Assembly (NCBI GenBank): GCA_036172245.1
Contig: JAYWIR010000015.1
Coordinates: 4,092,001 to 4,156,000 of the forward strand
DNA: 64,000 nucleotides
Direction: 5' to 3'
DNA from: Raillietiella orientalis
Taxonomy: Eukaryota
Each line of letters starts with the position of its first letter. Position 1 is the first letter of the stretch. The notes under the pieces are model-generated. The model ran no database searches. It worked only from the letters and a program-made list of their open reading frames with translations, and was not told where the DNA came from. The position numbers were made by a program, and so were the translations under genes. This document shows, piece after piece, positions 1 to 13,249 of the stretch.

Positions 1-61
1 TTAGATGATTGATGAACTTGCAGCATCCCCATGTCATTTCACTGTCGACCGTTTCATCACG

Positions 62-320
62 GGGGCGGCCGTGTGGCTGTGGTCTCCACTCGTGGCACCA
101 AGCGATGCGGTTTCGAATCCACACTTGGAGGGTCGACGCCGAGAATGGGAGTACGTCGTGGGTTTCGAGTCGCTCCCCCGCAGGACGACGCTGGTCTGTC
201 TGTAGACTTGGGGGGCAGCACTAGTGGAATGAGAAAACCTTCGTATGACCCTGTTGACTGTCCGGGACTGTCCTTCCGAAAATCAGGAAGCCGGTTTTCC
301 TCGAGGGTCCCCTCCGGTTG
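62..320 (+). mobile_element. tRNA-headed SINE-like element, diverged 3'-truncated copy (subfamily B)
   Basis: ggcggccgtgtggct...cgtggcaccaagcg...gtttcgaatcc aligns with 59753-59950 (box A/box B-like head). Ends after one hairpin unit (gaagccggttttcctcgagggtcccctccgg). Confidence 0.7.
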
Positions 321-1499
321 CATGAACAAATTTTCTTTCGAAGAATATTTTCTGTAGATGAAGCTCGGAAATACCCTGAAGAGTTTTCTCCTGAGTGGGC
401 GCAGGCTTCATTAATCTTAAACTTAGCACTTAATGAGAATCACCAGAAGAGAAAGAAAATAACTACGTGGAAAACATATGGCAAGACATTCATTGGTGAT
501 GGATCTAGGTTGTCGACAGTGGTAGCGGAAGCTCGAAGAACTTTTATTAGTTCTTATCGCAAAGTGCTATGCTAAGAGCTCGTGATGAAACTGGGTTCTC
601 GATAGCAGATGAGAATTCTAGGAAGACTTTCATTAGTTCTTATCTCACATTCCTATGCCTGAAGAGCAAAACACATAGTCATTAGATATGGATAGAGGAA
701 ATGAAACCTCTGATTCGGAATGCTTTAGAAGTGAACGGATCTTTGATCACGGGCTAGTATTAAGTCTGCATAGTGTACATCCAATCCCGTCTGTATAGCT
801 CCGATGTGGGGTCATATGGCAGGAATTTCGGTGCCCCTTCCTATCAGTAACCTTGCAATTGTGTTTTCACCTCTAGGATTATTGGGTCGGAATTTGTTTT
901 CCCTCATAACGAATGAATTTCTTCATAAAAGGATGCACCGAATCTTTTGCTTCTCAAGGAAAATGGAATGCACGCATCAGCAGTACTTGCTCAGATGAGC
1001 GGACTTGAAATTTTGTTCGAAACACGATTTCGTGTAGTCCTCTTTCAAAATAATTTGCAGTGCAAATAGTTTAGCAAGGAATCAATTCGAGAGGGAATCC
1101 ATTAGATCGGCTTCTCCGTATTTGCATCCCTGGACAGAGGTTGCAACGAATCACACCTTCGGCTTTATTGATGATTTCGATACGAATGAGAAAAGTGACG
1201 ATCCATAGTATTTGAAATTCCAGTTCCAAAAATTAAGTTTCGATTGCAAAGGTTCGGTACTAGTGTCGCATTCCCTTCTGTTCTGTTTTCTTTCTTGCTT
1301 TCATTCCGATTTTATCTTCTATTTCCACTTTTTATTCCATTCTTATGTTTAAAAATTCAGGTTCTGACTACACTCTTACTGCCCATTCAAAGCTGGAGCA
1401 CTGAGCAAGAGGATCATGACAGGTTCAGCAAAAGCGCTGACCTAAAACTGACATGCAAATTTTGAAATTCAAAGATAATGTATCTTAATTCGTGCCAAC

Positions 1500-1930
1500 A
1501 GTGTATGAGTTCTCTAAAATCGTCTATCAAATAGATTCGGTGAAGAGTTCTCGAAATTGTGTTTTCCAATCTCATGGCACTTAAAAGCAAAGGGAATAGG
1601 AGGAACGCACGAGGTTTGTGTTCTTTGGATAGGAGGAACACGAATCCACTGCATCCGTGTAAATACCATCCGCGAAGATTCTTGGACAAAGATGTATGGG
1701 CTAAACGAAGGAATATTCAGGTATTTCAACCTGACTGATTCGAAACTTCCAGTTCCACTGCTTGCTAGCGAAGAGATACTGAGGGCAGTTTCCGTTTCGC
1801 AGACGTCGAAAGCAACTATTGCCTCAAGGACATCCCACACTTATCGAAGAAGTTTCTTCGAGATACCGCTGTTGAAGTCTTGCCCTTTCCTTAAAATAGG
1901 TATGGGTTCGAAAGACACATTCGGTTGAAT
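1500..1930 (-). pseudogene. Decayed LINE ORF1 (gag-like) remnant with frameshifted zinc knuckle
   Basis: Minus-strand translation near 1560-1590 reads (C)FKCHEIG across a 1-nt frameshift, resembling a CCHC knuckle. No intact ORF. Confidence 0.3.
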
Positions 1931-2699
1931 CAAAGAGCCAAGAAGAATGCTTTTGATAACTCCATGTTTCTAAAAGTGGATTTTCGAGGGAAACTGAAAC
2001 TTGACTGATTATGTTTGCAGGTAGCAGCTCTGCAGATAAACTGCTCTACAGGCGAATGGCTAGATTTACAGGCAAGCTTTGAAGGACTCCCTTCAGTATG
2101 TGGAAACGCATTCAGTATGCAACATTTCGGTGCTCAAAGTTGATCACGAATCACGTGGTTAGATAGGAACCTTCTTCGAAAAAAAATCATCAGCAGGAAA
2201 AGGCGACATATGAATTTATTCATTTGCACATACGTGACAGCACTAAGATTGATACTGCCATATGAGTGCTGGCGTCACGCACGTGACACCTCGAGTTTGC
2301 CAGTTCCTCTTTGACCAATTGCATTCGTGTCCGCGTGTACGTTTAGGTCAACAGAACCTGGAATCACATTTCACAGTTTTGGCTTCTGTTTAAGAGGCAG
2401 CCCAACTGAAACAGAAAATGAAACCAATATGGAAGCCATGGACAATGAAAATTCCAGAATTGCATCTACTGAATTTTTGGAGCTTTCAACACATAGCACG
2501 CAAACGCTCCTATGTTCGGTTTCCGTGGCAGTTTTGGTACATCGGAACTTCGATCTGCTTCGAATGAAAGCCGTAAAATCCTTCTTTACACCCGTCGTCT
2601 GCAGCAGAAGACGCTCACAAGTCTTCGATGCAGACTGTCCATTGCTTTTTTTTCTCCCTTTTGACGCAACCATCATTTCATAACATTTCCTTCCATGTA

Positions 2700-3500
2700 T
2701 CTCCAGTGGCACCACTAATGTCTTTAAAGTCTGTCCTGCTTGTGACTCTTAGATTGCTCCAGCATTTTTTTCCGTGAAAAAGTGCTTGCCATTTTAGACC
2801 TCCGCTTTTATAAGTGATGGGGGAAATTGACCGAATTGATGGAACATCAACCGAACCAACTGCTTTTTTCACCGTGTATACCCTCTGCTGTGACACCGAA
2901 GATGGCTCATATCGCAAATGCCAACGAAAACTTGAAGAACGGTCAGTTGGGACTCTCTGGACCTCCTCAAGAACGAGAATTGGCTTGAAAAATCCGACAT
3001 CTTCGCGCCAGAAACCCAAGTTCAGGTAACTTCTCAATTTCTTCCTGTTGGGATGAATGGAAAGCAACATCAAGCTACGGAGCCTGTTCTTGATGACCAG
3101 ATGCTGCAGTCTTAACGGTTTCTTGAAGCATCTGGTGAAGAGTTCAATGGACTGTTGATTCTTCTTCCTCAACAGAAGGAGATCGACTCCCTTTGGTCTC
3201 CCTCCTCTGCTGAACAGTTTCTTTGGATCTTGGGCTTTCCTATAGACTTGGTTGCTTGGCTGGACATAAAGTTGTTGATCCATGGATCCACTTTGAAGAG
3301 CCCTTTCCGGGAGACAATATTGGTATTATTGAAACTCTTCCTCCCTTTTCGTGACCGTGGGCAATGCAAGACATGTGGAGTCTGCGTGCAACCACCGCCA
3401 ACTTCCTGAAGCTGATGATCACCTCTCCGAAACACAAGAACAGAATCATAGAAAAACGGAATCTCATGTGTTGGTAGATCGCAGAACAGTTAGTGGAAGA
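2700..3500 (+). mobile_element. Decayed LINE ORF2 C-terminal remnant
   Basis: ORF 3155-3409 ...FRETILVLLKLFLPFRDRGQCKTCG, followed in another frame by ADDHL, resembles the C-x2-C...H zinc-binding tail of L1/Tx1 ORF2. Confidence 0.3.
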
Positions 3501-3989
3501 GCTTGCGCTTGGGATCGTCTTTGTAAAATCTCAGCGCTATGGAGGACTCGTAACCCTTCCCAGGGGCACTTTGAGACCCTAGTTCCTCCAGAAGCAATGC
3601 AGTCCTTTCCGAGGGACCACCAGCATACACGGCCGTTTTGTTGATGTACACGAGACCCTTCCTCAGTGAAGCAGTCCTCGAGACCTTGAACCCGTTCCTG
3701 AATCAACTAATCAGTGGAGTAGCGTCAGCGAGAAGGCCATGTTGGAGGTGAAGGATTCTCCAGTGTAAATCACTTTCTGCCCTCCTTGGTCTTTGATGTT
3801 GGTTGACCTTCTCCTCCACAGAGCTCCACACACCCCGCCACACCAGCAGGCGTGCGTGCCATACTGTGTACGAGGGGCACTGTGGTAGCTTGTCTGGAGG
3901 GCGCCTATGAATAAGGGGTTTGTTTGTCCTACTCAGAGCCATTAGGACAATGCGCATGACTCTGCCGAAACGCAAAGACAATTCATAAG

Positions 3990-5591
3990 CAGTTGGTGAT
4001 GACTGTAAAACCCACGCAGCTTTCTAAGGAGGTACAAGGAGTGCGAACTCGGACTGAAGGTGAATCCGGACAAATCCTGCCTACGGGCCGTCGGAATCCC
4101 GAACGTCATCGTCCTCTGTTCCCACGGATTCCGCATCGTCCACCGTACTTGAGGGCGATCATCGGCGAGGAACACACAGCAGAGGACACTTAATGGAGAA
4201 ACATCCTCGCCAAACTGAGGGAGGAAACCCACCTGTACGGGGAAGGGGGCAACCTCTCCTTCAAAGACAAAGCCAACCTCTGGAACGGAGCGATGACGCC
4301 GAAGTTTCCCTTCGCCACGTCCTTTGCCAAGATCCCAGAGAGGGTGGCCGAGGAGTTGGGGCACATTCAACTCCTTGGATGGGACTTGATCTGGAGCGAG
4401 AGAAGACCAAAGGTGAAGCGGAAGAGAGCCCGTGTCTCCCGAGGACGGAAGGGGACACCGGCATGTGGGAAATCGCCCATGTCGTGAAGCTCCAGGACCT
4501 GAAGCTCCCGGTCCGCTACGTCAGCGAGTGCAACGAGTGGCCGTTCGCGTTCCACAAGGCGCAGGCGAGGATGCTGCTGGGAACCGACGGCCTCATGTCC
4601 GCCATGTCGCGCGAATCCGGGCAGTGGAAAGTCGTCGTGATGGCGCTGAAGCTGAAGATCGCCCCGAGAAGCAGGGAACTCTGGGACAGGGAGCTCGCCA
4701 AGGTGATCCCGCAGTTCATCGGCGTCCCTTGGGAAACGCAAGTTTGGCTCCGTCAACATGGCAGAGTGATCCTAGGAGAGTGCGAGAGACTAGCCATCAG
4801 CATCCACACGGTGCGAGTCCTCGCGTACAAGCATTCGACGCAAGGGTGGGTAACCCGAAGGACCCGAGAGCTCTGGCAAACCCAGGGAGCGCAGTGGTCC
4901 AGGGTGAGCCCGAGCCGACAATGTGCAGAAAGCCGGTTGCAGCCACCTCAGAGGAAGCTCTGAGCAGGACAAGCGCTGGGCAGGTTCGGCGAACCGGCAG
5001 TCTGCCCGCAGACCATCGCGGCGGTCCTCTGGAGCTCCTCGCTACTGCTGCACGTTCAGGATTGCCTCCTGATTTTTTATCACGGAGGCATCCTGTGCGG
5101 GATGAGACTCCGACGCTGGACCGGGAATTCCGAAGGGGACCAGCGTCCGGCCTGTGGATCGACTGAAAATGACCTCCACGTTTACACTTGCCGCATCCTT
5201 ATCCGGACTGGAGTGGTGCGGCGAGCCATCGAATTCGACAACACCTCGAATCTGGACATCCTCCGAGGACTGTTAGAGGGCGAAGACGACGTGCCCCGAT
5301 ACAACCCCACCGTTCTGGTGATGGTCGCCTTCTTCCTGAGGAGCATCCTCATCAGGGGGACGTAGCTGGCGAGGTCCCGGGATGTCCTGCATCAGGACTC
5401 TTGATGAAGGAAATCGGCATTCGTGCGTGTGGGGGGAGGGATTCCATCTTGGACCCTCCAGCACTGCCTGTGGATACTGTAGTGAGCGACCAGACACGGT
5501 CCAGTGACTTGCCCGCGAGGGCCGCAGTAACACGAGGAAGAACGACCGACGAATCGTCAGAGCGACAGTGCTTGTTTGTTTCTTTTTGTTT
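3990..5591 (+). mobile_element. 5'-truncated L1/Tx1-like LINE, ORF2 C-terminal region with zf-RVT-like motif and T-rich tail
   Basis: GC-rich block. ORFs 4193-4963 and 5102-5365 are in the same frame, split by one TGA. Read-through gives LWSSSLLLHVQDCLLIFYHGGILCGMRLRRW...RPACGSTENDLHVYTC. Ends in ttgtttgtttctttttgttt at 5572-5591. Confidence 0.7.
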
Positions 5592-7269
5592 AATGAATTC
5601 ACTCCACCGCTTGTCAGACTGAGGAAAAAAGACATGAGCACCAGGAGCTCCAGGCATTCCATATTTCATAATTATTCATCCATTTGTTCACCCTTCCCAG
5701 AGTTTATTGCTTGTAAGTGCATGGTTGAGAACACTGGAAGAAGCACAGCTCATCGGTTCGAGCTAGGGAAGAAATCTAGAACGGTCCACGGCTGCAAAGG
5801 AGCACTCTGGTAGGCTTCTTGTGTCATTTTCGTTAAGCTCTCAGCGACCTCATCGCTGGTTTGTGCAACCCCTGCTCTTCCTTTTCCGAGTTGTAGAATT
5901 TGCAAACGCCTCCGGGTGGTTTGGAGAGCATCTTGAGAGATGAGGTCGTTCGTGTGGAAGAGCAAAAGAAATGCCCAGTCTTCTGAATTTGAGGATTTCT
6001 CCAAAAACGGAATCGAAAAATCTCCCATAACACCAGACTCGACTTCCTGCAATTCACAGAAGCTGCCAAGGATCAGATTTAAAGGAATGAGCCTTAATCT
6101 CCGTAGATGCATGTATTAACATACGTAGTTATGTACAGTTGTCTTAATACATACGGTGAAAGAGCTTGAGAAACAATCTGAAGAGCTATCGGCACTTTGG
6201 AATCTGATCGATTTGCCTGCTTTTCAAACTCAACATTAACAGGTCATCAGGGTCAAGAGTCAGGGTCAAGGTCATCAAGAGTTTCTGAGGCTGAAGAGGG
6301 GAGGGAGGGAAATAGACAAAAAATTGAAAGGAAAGAAAATGAAAATTTGAGAAGTGCACTTGTGTTTTTGAAGAATCTTAACACTATACAAGATCATTTT
6401 TTTAAGCTAACCTTCTAGGTGCTCAGAAGCATAGTGATGAAAAAGAGTTAGATTATGGTTCGGCATTTGATTCACTTTTTTTAATCTCTTGGACGCAAGT
6501 TTAATTTCTCGTATGGAAAGTGTGACGTAGAGTACATTTCCCAGACATCAGGTTTAGTTCATTACATAGCGATGATGATCAGTTTAAAAAATAGGACGGT
6601 AGCATGTGAGGATTTAAAGATACTTGGAATCGGAGTGAGTAGGAATGAAGAAAAACAGTGATAGCGGTCTAATGGGTTCCAAAATGACTCCTTTGCATGC
6701 CAAGTGCAAACGAAGCAGTAAATTATGGAATTCTCTTGTAATCAAGATTGGAACAAAAAAACAAAAAACAAAAATGAATTCCCTGATCAAGTTCGAAACG
6801 AAGCAAGATAATTCCTTTTTAATTTGACATGATGTTCACTTAATGAATGCTTCCGTAAATTTCACATACACACAGATCTGCACATGAGGGGATGAGAAAA
6901 CGAGAAAAGTTAATCTTTATTGCACATCATTCATAAAGGGATGCCTGGGAAGCATGAGGCAGAGGGTGCGCAATGGACCATCCACGTTTATTTTCACAGT
7001 CGTTCGTAATGTTTCTAGTTACGCTCTCCTTCGGGGGGTATCGCCTTTATGCAGAAGAGACTTAAAATCAAACTCCGCATTCTGATCATGAAGAAGCAAC
7101 TCCATGCCCAGTTCCCGAAAATGCATAGAGGAAACTCAATCTGCCTCATAAAAGCTGGATTCTAATACGTTTCTACTTATAGGTTCCTTAGAATCCGCTA
7201 CAAAGAAATTTCCTTGGAAGAGTGAGTCATCGCGATACCACAGATGTGTAAACCAACGTAAGAACACAT

Positions 7270-9400
7270 CGCTTTGGATGAAAGAACTAAGATGCACGTT
7301 ATCATCGCATTCAACCTTGGAAATGTGAAGAATACAAGGAATAAGGGCGATCTGAATAGCTCCATGGGAAACTGGAAAACGGGAAAATTCAAAATGATTG
7401 ACTCCAGCGCTCATTCACACTCTTCGTTTGTCCCTTTGCGGATCCGAATGCTTCAATTTGCGATTCAACCATTTTTCACTCGACACTACGAAGCTATTTC
7501 CCCCCCCCCGATGTCAGGAGCCTAGTTCCTCACAGATTCATTCCTGCTCCCTTTTTAAGTCCTTCTCGAAACTCTCTAGATTTACAGGTGAACACCAACT
7601 AGTACCTAGCAACCACCACAGACATATGATTGCCCTAAGCACTTTTAAAAGCGGCGTAATTTTATGCAAAACATACCGAAATGAAGCCTTTCTTTACGTG
7701 CACATCATAGCCCTGAAGTAGCATCCTCTCAAGGTCCTCGTTGCATGGGAACCAACTTCAAACACGTTACACGAGAAAACCCAGTGTATTACAGGTACAG
7801 CCTGCAAGCGTCAGGCAATCTCAAACGAGCTTTTGAAATCAAAGAATGAGTGGAGATGAATGAACGCAGATGACCGCTTCGTATGTACTTCTGAAATAAA
7901 GACCATCGGAAGAGTACTGGGTTAACATTTCAGTGAGTGAAAGATTCCTCATACCTCCCCATGTAACCCAGCTCCCAACAGCCCATGAAATTCCCGAGTT
8001 TCCCTCTCGAGCATTAGAAATGGGGAAAAGGCACGAAAATCGTACTGACGTACAAGCACAGGGCTTTTCCATGCAGTGAATGGGGGAAACTGGAGGTTCA
8101 AGAAATCAGAATGATTACCAGCGATAAACTAGCTACAACAGCGTCACTGATTCATCGGGAAAGCATTTGTTCACCGAAGCAGGCAGAAGCAATAAAAGAA
8201 TGCTTTTCGGATGTTATGATGTAAAAATTGCATGAACAGAGACTGTGGACAAATGTGAAACAGATGGAATACCCCAACGACGGAAGGGAGTGTAAGTCCA
8301 GTTTGCAAGACAAAAAGTTCCTTGTTGAAGAAACAAGCACAAGATTATGTTGCCTTTTCTAGCAGATGGGGAAACTCACCGAACTTGGGATTGCTCGCTT
8401 CATTATCATCCCTTTAGTTTTATTGCACTTTCTGGAGAGTTTCTTTCCTTTTCTACGCTTCCGAACGCCTTTAGGGACCCGAGCATTCCTGGGAACAAAA
8501 AATTTCTGCAGTCTGCAACCGATTTATTGTGGCAACCAAAAAGTTCTTGACTGAATTAAGAAGGCCAGCCTTGAACGCATTTTTCAGTTTTTGGACGAAG
8601 AGAGAGATCCCAAGCTGAAAAGAGGGCAAACGAGATGTCGCAGGCGCCAAAATTCATTTTCTCAAGGATGGCTTGTGAAAGTTAGCAATGCGCCCTAGCA
8701 TGCTGCTGGTGTACAAGTTTCTTGTTGCCTTGAGTAGTTCGGGGTGCCATCCACGTGGGAAAGGGAGAGCTCCCTGCATACCGCTTTCAATCCTCTCCAT
8801 TCAGCTCAATGTCCCGTAGCACGTAATAAGCGATAAGGATGCCTCAGCTATGCCAAAGCGTCGTGCCATTTGACTGCCACGATCCCGGAAGCAACCAGAT
8901 GCACCCTCGCGTATCCCGATCTTTTAAGGAAATGAATCATTGACGGCGTGCGGCCCCAACTCCTGTTCTTCGAGCCTTTTTCCGGAATTTTCTACCTCCC
9001 TATTTTCTCTGGGTTTTAAAATTGAGAAATGCGTCCAGAGGAATGCATGTGATTACGGAGACAAAACTCCGACCAGCTTCTTGCTAAAAATGGTACAGCA
9101 GAGGATCCAGATCGCGAAAGATGGAAGGCGGCAAAGAGCTCAGATGTGTTCAAAACACAGTGGTTCATCCGTGGAACAACAAACCACTTTCTGGATATGT
9201 TCCTGAGGGACATTTTCACCGTGCAGGACGTGTTTTGTGGTATGTTCTTGTTCACCAAGCCAAAAATACGGAAGCTGAAGACAGTAAAGAATGGAGATCT
9301 CAGGAGCACTCACTAAATGTACGTACAAACTGCATACAAGTTTCCTTCTTAGAATGATAGATCTTCGGCATTTGAAATGTTCTGTACGGTCACAATAATT
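7270..9400 (+). mobile_element. Highly decayed LINE ORF2 (APE/RT) remnant
   Basis: Scattered motif-like pieces: GDLN near 7345, and a RAFLG segment near 8480 resembling the RT Q-x-F motif. Many stops and frameshifts. Confidence 0.25.
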
Positions 9401-9661
9401 CCTTGTGGAAGGCACAGAAAATCACATCACGGTTCCCTGATGTCTCCCTCATTTCTGGATCTTTTAATTTCTCTCTAGGACCGGAAACGTCATATTGATA
9501 GGCGACATAGGAGGAAGCAAATGTACAGTTAACACTGCATAGAAATTGCACGCTGCGAACACGCACGGTATTCACTTTTTGGCGCTCGCATCTCCTCATT
9601 GGTTCGAGAAATAGGGTCACAAATATGCATTTCCCTTTGTTACCTAACTGTGCCTAGGTAA

Positions 9662-10480
9662 CTTTTATTGCTGTTAACGTGTACAATTACATAACTGGTT
9701 GCAGGGGGGCTCTGGACATTCTTTCGCAGTTACTCCTCTGCTCACTTGGGGCGCTCCTCGCCCCCCCTTCATGGTGCTTCCTCCGCTTGCCCGCTTTCGT
9801 ACGGTGGGAGAGGATTGTCTGGATTCTGCGGCTGGCTGCCGCAGAATCCAGACGTGGGCTGCATGGATGTCACTTGGGTACCGGATACACGTTGCCCACC
9901 ATCCGATGTCTCCGTTCCACCAGCTTCTTCTTTGGTATTCGTAGATCTTCACACACTTCTTAACTCCTTCTTCACTACTATCCCATGCTTCCAGAGAGCC
10001 AACGATGAACGCACGTACTTTGCTTTGCTTTCCACCTTTTCCCAGCTGTAGTGCTACGTCCTTGCATTTTCCTTCCTTGTTCTTCCTGGCTGTGCTCAAC
10101 GCCTCTTTTTGATTTCCGTATGGGCAGCAGATGCCTAGCACACATATCTGATGTGTGCTAGGCGAGCACTACGGCTTTCGCATGACCGGATCCGATTTTA
10201 GGGTGGAAGTTGTTCTTGGTAATCTCTGGTTTCCTGACACAAGATTCCACTTTGCTTCGTCCACTGCTGCCTTTCTGATTATTTTCTGTATCGGGTCGTG
10301 GCGTACCATGGGCACAGGAACGTGTTTCTTGCATCTACTTAGTGTGTGGTACAACGTTTCATCCTCTGTCCCGCAACGCCGACATATGCGTTTTGTTGTT
10401 TTTTTTTGTTGGCCCAGCGTTGAGTAGGCAGTACGTTGAGTCTTGATTGTTCTTACAAGCTATATAGTCATCCCCTAGAC
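9662..10480 (-). mobile_element. 5'-truncated NeSL/Utopia-like (R2 group) non-LTR retrotransposon: CCHC finger plus restriction-like endonuclease, degenerate
   Basis: Minus strand reads RLNVLP...CRRCGTEDETLYHTLSRC...RHD...KSD, then CPYGNQKEALSTARKNKEGK...AFIVGSLEAWD...SDIHAAHV. AATAAA at 9669-9664 marks the 3' end. Confidence 0.8.
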
Positions 10481-11799
10481 ATTGCTCTTTTCACCGTTAG
10501 ACTTCGCTTTTGTGTGAATAGATCAGAACACCAATAATTTAAAATGCTCAAACAGAGCTACTGATACAGTCCGAGTCCCATGTTCAGTACAAGAGAATAG
10601 CAGGGATGGTCTTGAAAGGATCGTAAAAGTGGTCTGAGCTGAAGTCCACGCACAGAGTTGAGGAAGAAGCACAAGGACAGTGAGTTTTCTGTAAAGGTAG
10701 CTTCCTTTGCACATAAAAATAGTCTAAAATTCACCTCCTAATCCTCCAGTTTCTAGAGATTCCTTCTCATTTTGATGATTATTGTTATGTGTTCATTTCC
10801 TCCATCTTTTCGTGTTTGGATGCTATCCATGCTCTTTGCTAGTCTGAGTTGATGCGGTGAGAATGCTTGCTCCTTGGATACGATAGCGTTTCATCAATCG
10901 TGCTGAAAGCAGGCATCAACGTCATTAGCATCAGCATTATCAACAAACCATCCTATCACTGCCATGGGGACTTTGTATGTTCCTTGGGATGGTTATTTAC
11001 AAATAACAAGGGTAGGGGTGGCAGTGTGATCTAAAAACTTCGTCAATCACTTCAAGAAACTGAAGTTCTCCTCGCCTACCAACAGCTTTATCGGTGTATG
11101 AAGGCGCGTCAATTGATTCCTTCGCTCTTCTACCGCTGTCCCTTTGTTATTTTTGGGAACGCGCTGGAGTCAGCAAAGACATTTCTTTAGTGCTAGATGG
11201 AACCAACCTGCTTCCCGTATCTATCTGGGATTAGAGCATCTATTCCTATTGGATCAAAGTTGCAGAGGTGAATGAGAAGCAGTGGGACACGGTTACCGTA
11301 ACGGATCAACGTTATCGAGGAGGAGGTTGCGACTTTGCATTACTCTTTGAAGTGATTTCGAAAGGAAAAAGGCAAAGGGTCGAAATTCACTTTTAGCTCC
11401 AACAGGCATTTGGGCCCATCTGTTAGGATCCTTTCAAGATGGAGCTTCACAGCTCACCATCTGCAAATCATCAACATACAGTTCTTGTTGAAGTTCCAGC
11501 AGCTGAAACTACTGAGTCAGCTCCGGAACTTGGAAATAGCACCGAATTCCATCAAATTCTGTTGCTTTCTCTTGTTCTAAAAAGTCCTCTACAGAAAACC
11601 GGACTGCTTTCAGGTCTTGGAATTTTCCAGCACGGCTTCCGATCCTTGACCCGGAGGTGAAAGTCTTCTTTCATTCCACTACGACCGATTTAGGATTCTC
11701 ATCCGGAACAGTTAGCCAGGATCCATCTGGGGCTCCTCCTCGGTTCTTTTTGTTCCTCCATTACGATTCACCTTCCCTTTTCTACATCCACTGTTTTCG

Positions 11800-12900
11800 G
11801 AACAGCCTCACTAGCCGGCTCGATGCCAGTGCCCGTGCACAGCTACCCAGAGTTTCCTGGAGAACAATACCACTGTTCCCAATTTCATGATGATCATTGC
11901 CACTTTTTTCATGACTGTTGATACTTTCCTCTTAGCAAAAATGCTGCAGCTTCTCTCACTCTCACTATTGCTACCCCTCTTAAGCACCATCCAAACTTCA
12001 CTTTCACCTTTATCCACTCCATCCATTATTATTATATTTGCTTTTGCTGCTTATCGATTCTCCTTACTCTTGTTAGTATCTGTGATCATTTTCCGTATGT
12101 CTCATGGTGTCCATTGTTACCATCATGATCTTGTTGTGGACCTAAAACTGTTCAAGACCTGGATCTTTCATCAAACAGCAGGGTTTGCGTGCCGATTGCA
12201 GCATCGGGTTATAGGTAATGCATTGGCACCTATAATCTTTCCTTTTGTTTTTCTCACAGTGCTCTGTCTTGATGAGCAGAAAAATGGGGTGAGAAACACG
12301 AACTGGGTACCTTGTGTGAGGAAGATGCCAGTAAAACCTGGTAAAGTAGACGGTAGTGGACGTCTCCTTCAGAATATCGCTGGATCTCCTGAACTTGAAA
12401 AAGATGTACATGTAAGAGGAGTGTACAGTAATGTCCTGGGAAAGGTTCAAAATAAAGTGCGGAATATGAGTGTGGGGTGAACAACATCTCATTCTCCGTT
12501 CCTTTTCAAAGTCGATAGCCTTCCTTTTTCCAGCTGTCACTTGTTGCACCAAAGTTTGCTCTTTAACCAAAACATACTTTGAGAAGCATTTGAGCACAGT
12601 GGCTTGGAAGAACTGTCATCTTCCTTAAGTGAATCACCAAACGGTCTCCTGTAGTTCAGTTTGCCCATTTCCTGAGTGGGTCTGTTCCCCTGGCTCGACA
12701 AGCTGTAATTTCATGAAGGCTTTCCTCCCGGCTTTCTGGAGTCTCAGAAGGAATCTCCTTCGTATTGACCTGGAATGATTGGAAGCAGCTTGCGTGTTCT
12801 CCTACTTGTTCCTGATCTTGCGTCAGTCTTTCAGTTCTCTTTGAGTTTCCGCAAAGATCGAGATCTCTGAAAGGATTTATTGAAAAAACGAAAGTTTCAG
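11800..12900 (-). mobile_element. Possible decayed LINE ORF1 remnant
   Basis: ORF 12142-12597 is followed by a degenerate Cys/His knuckle-like stretch. Composition matches the surrounding retroelement debris. Confidence 0.2.
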
Positions 12901-13249
12901 GAACCTATGTTTAGCACCAAGAAGGCAGGTCATCGGAGGATGAACGAAGCTGTCTTTTCGACAGCTTCGTTCGAAAAGACCAATCCGTGCAGCAGAGTCC
13001 TCTACATTCCCTTTGTATTCACTAGAGGAAATTGGATCTCTAGCATAATATCGCCTTGCTAAAGCTGCAGAGTTCCGGGAGATGAATGCGGAAAAGCTTC
13101 AAAAGACTAGAGAAAGCACAGAAGCAAGATCCTAAAAGTCGGATGGAATTCAAAAGAGGCAAGTGCAGCTACCTATCATCTTACTCTGTAATTCATCTCT
13201 ATCACCGGCGCTCACCTGGCAGAAAGAGCAAGAGAAACACAGAAGGCTA

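Noticed and set aside
525..660. Short diverged direct repeat containing attagttcttatc
   Set aside because: Two imperfect copies only; an ordinary local duplication.
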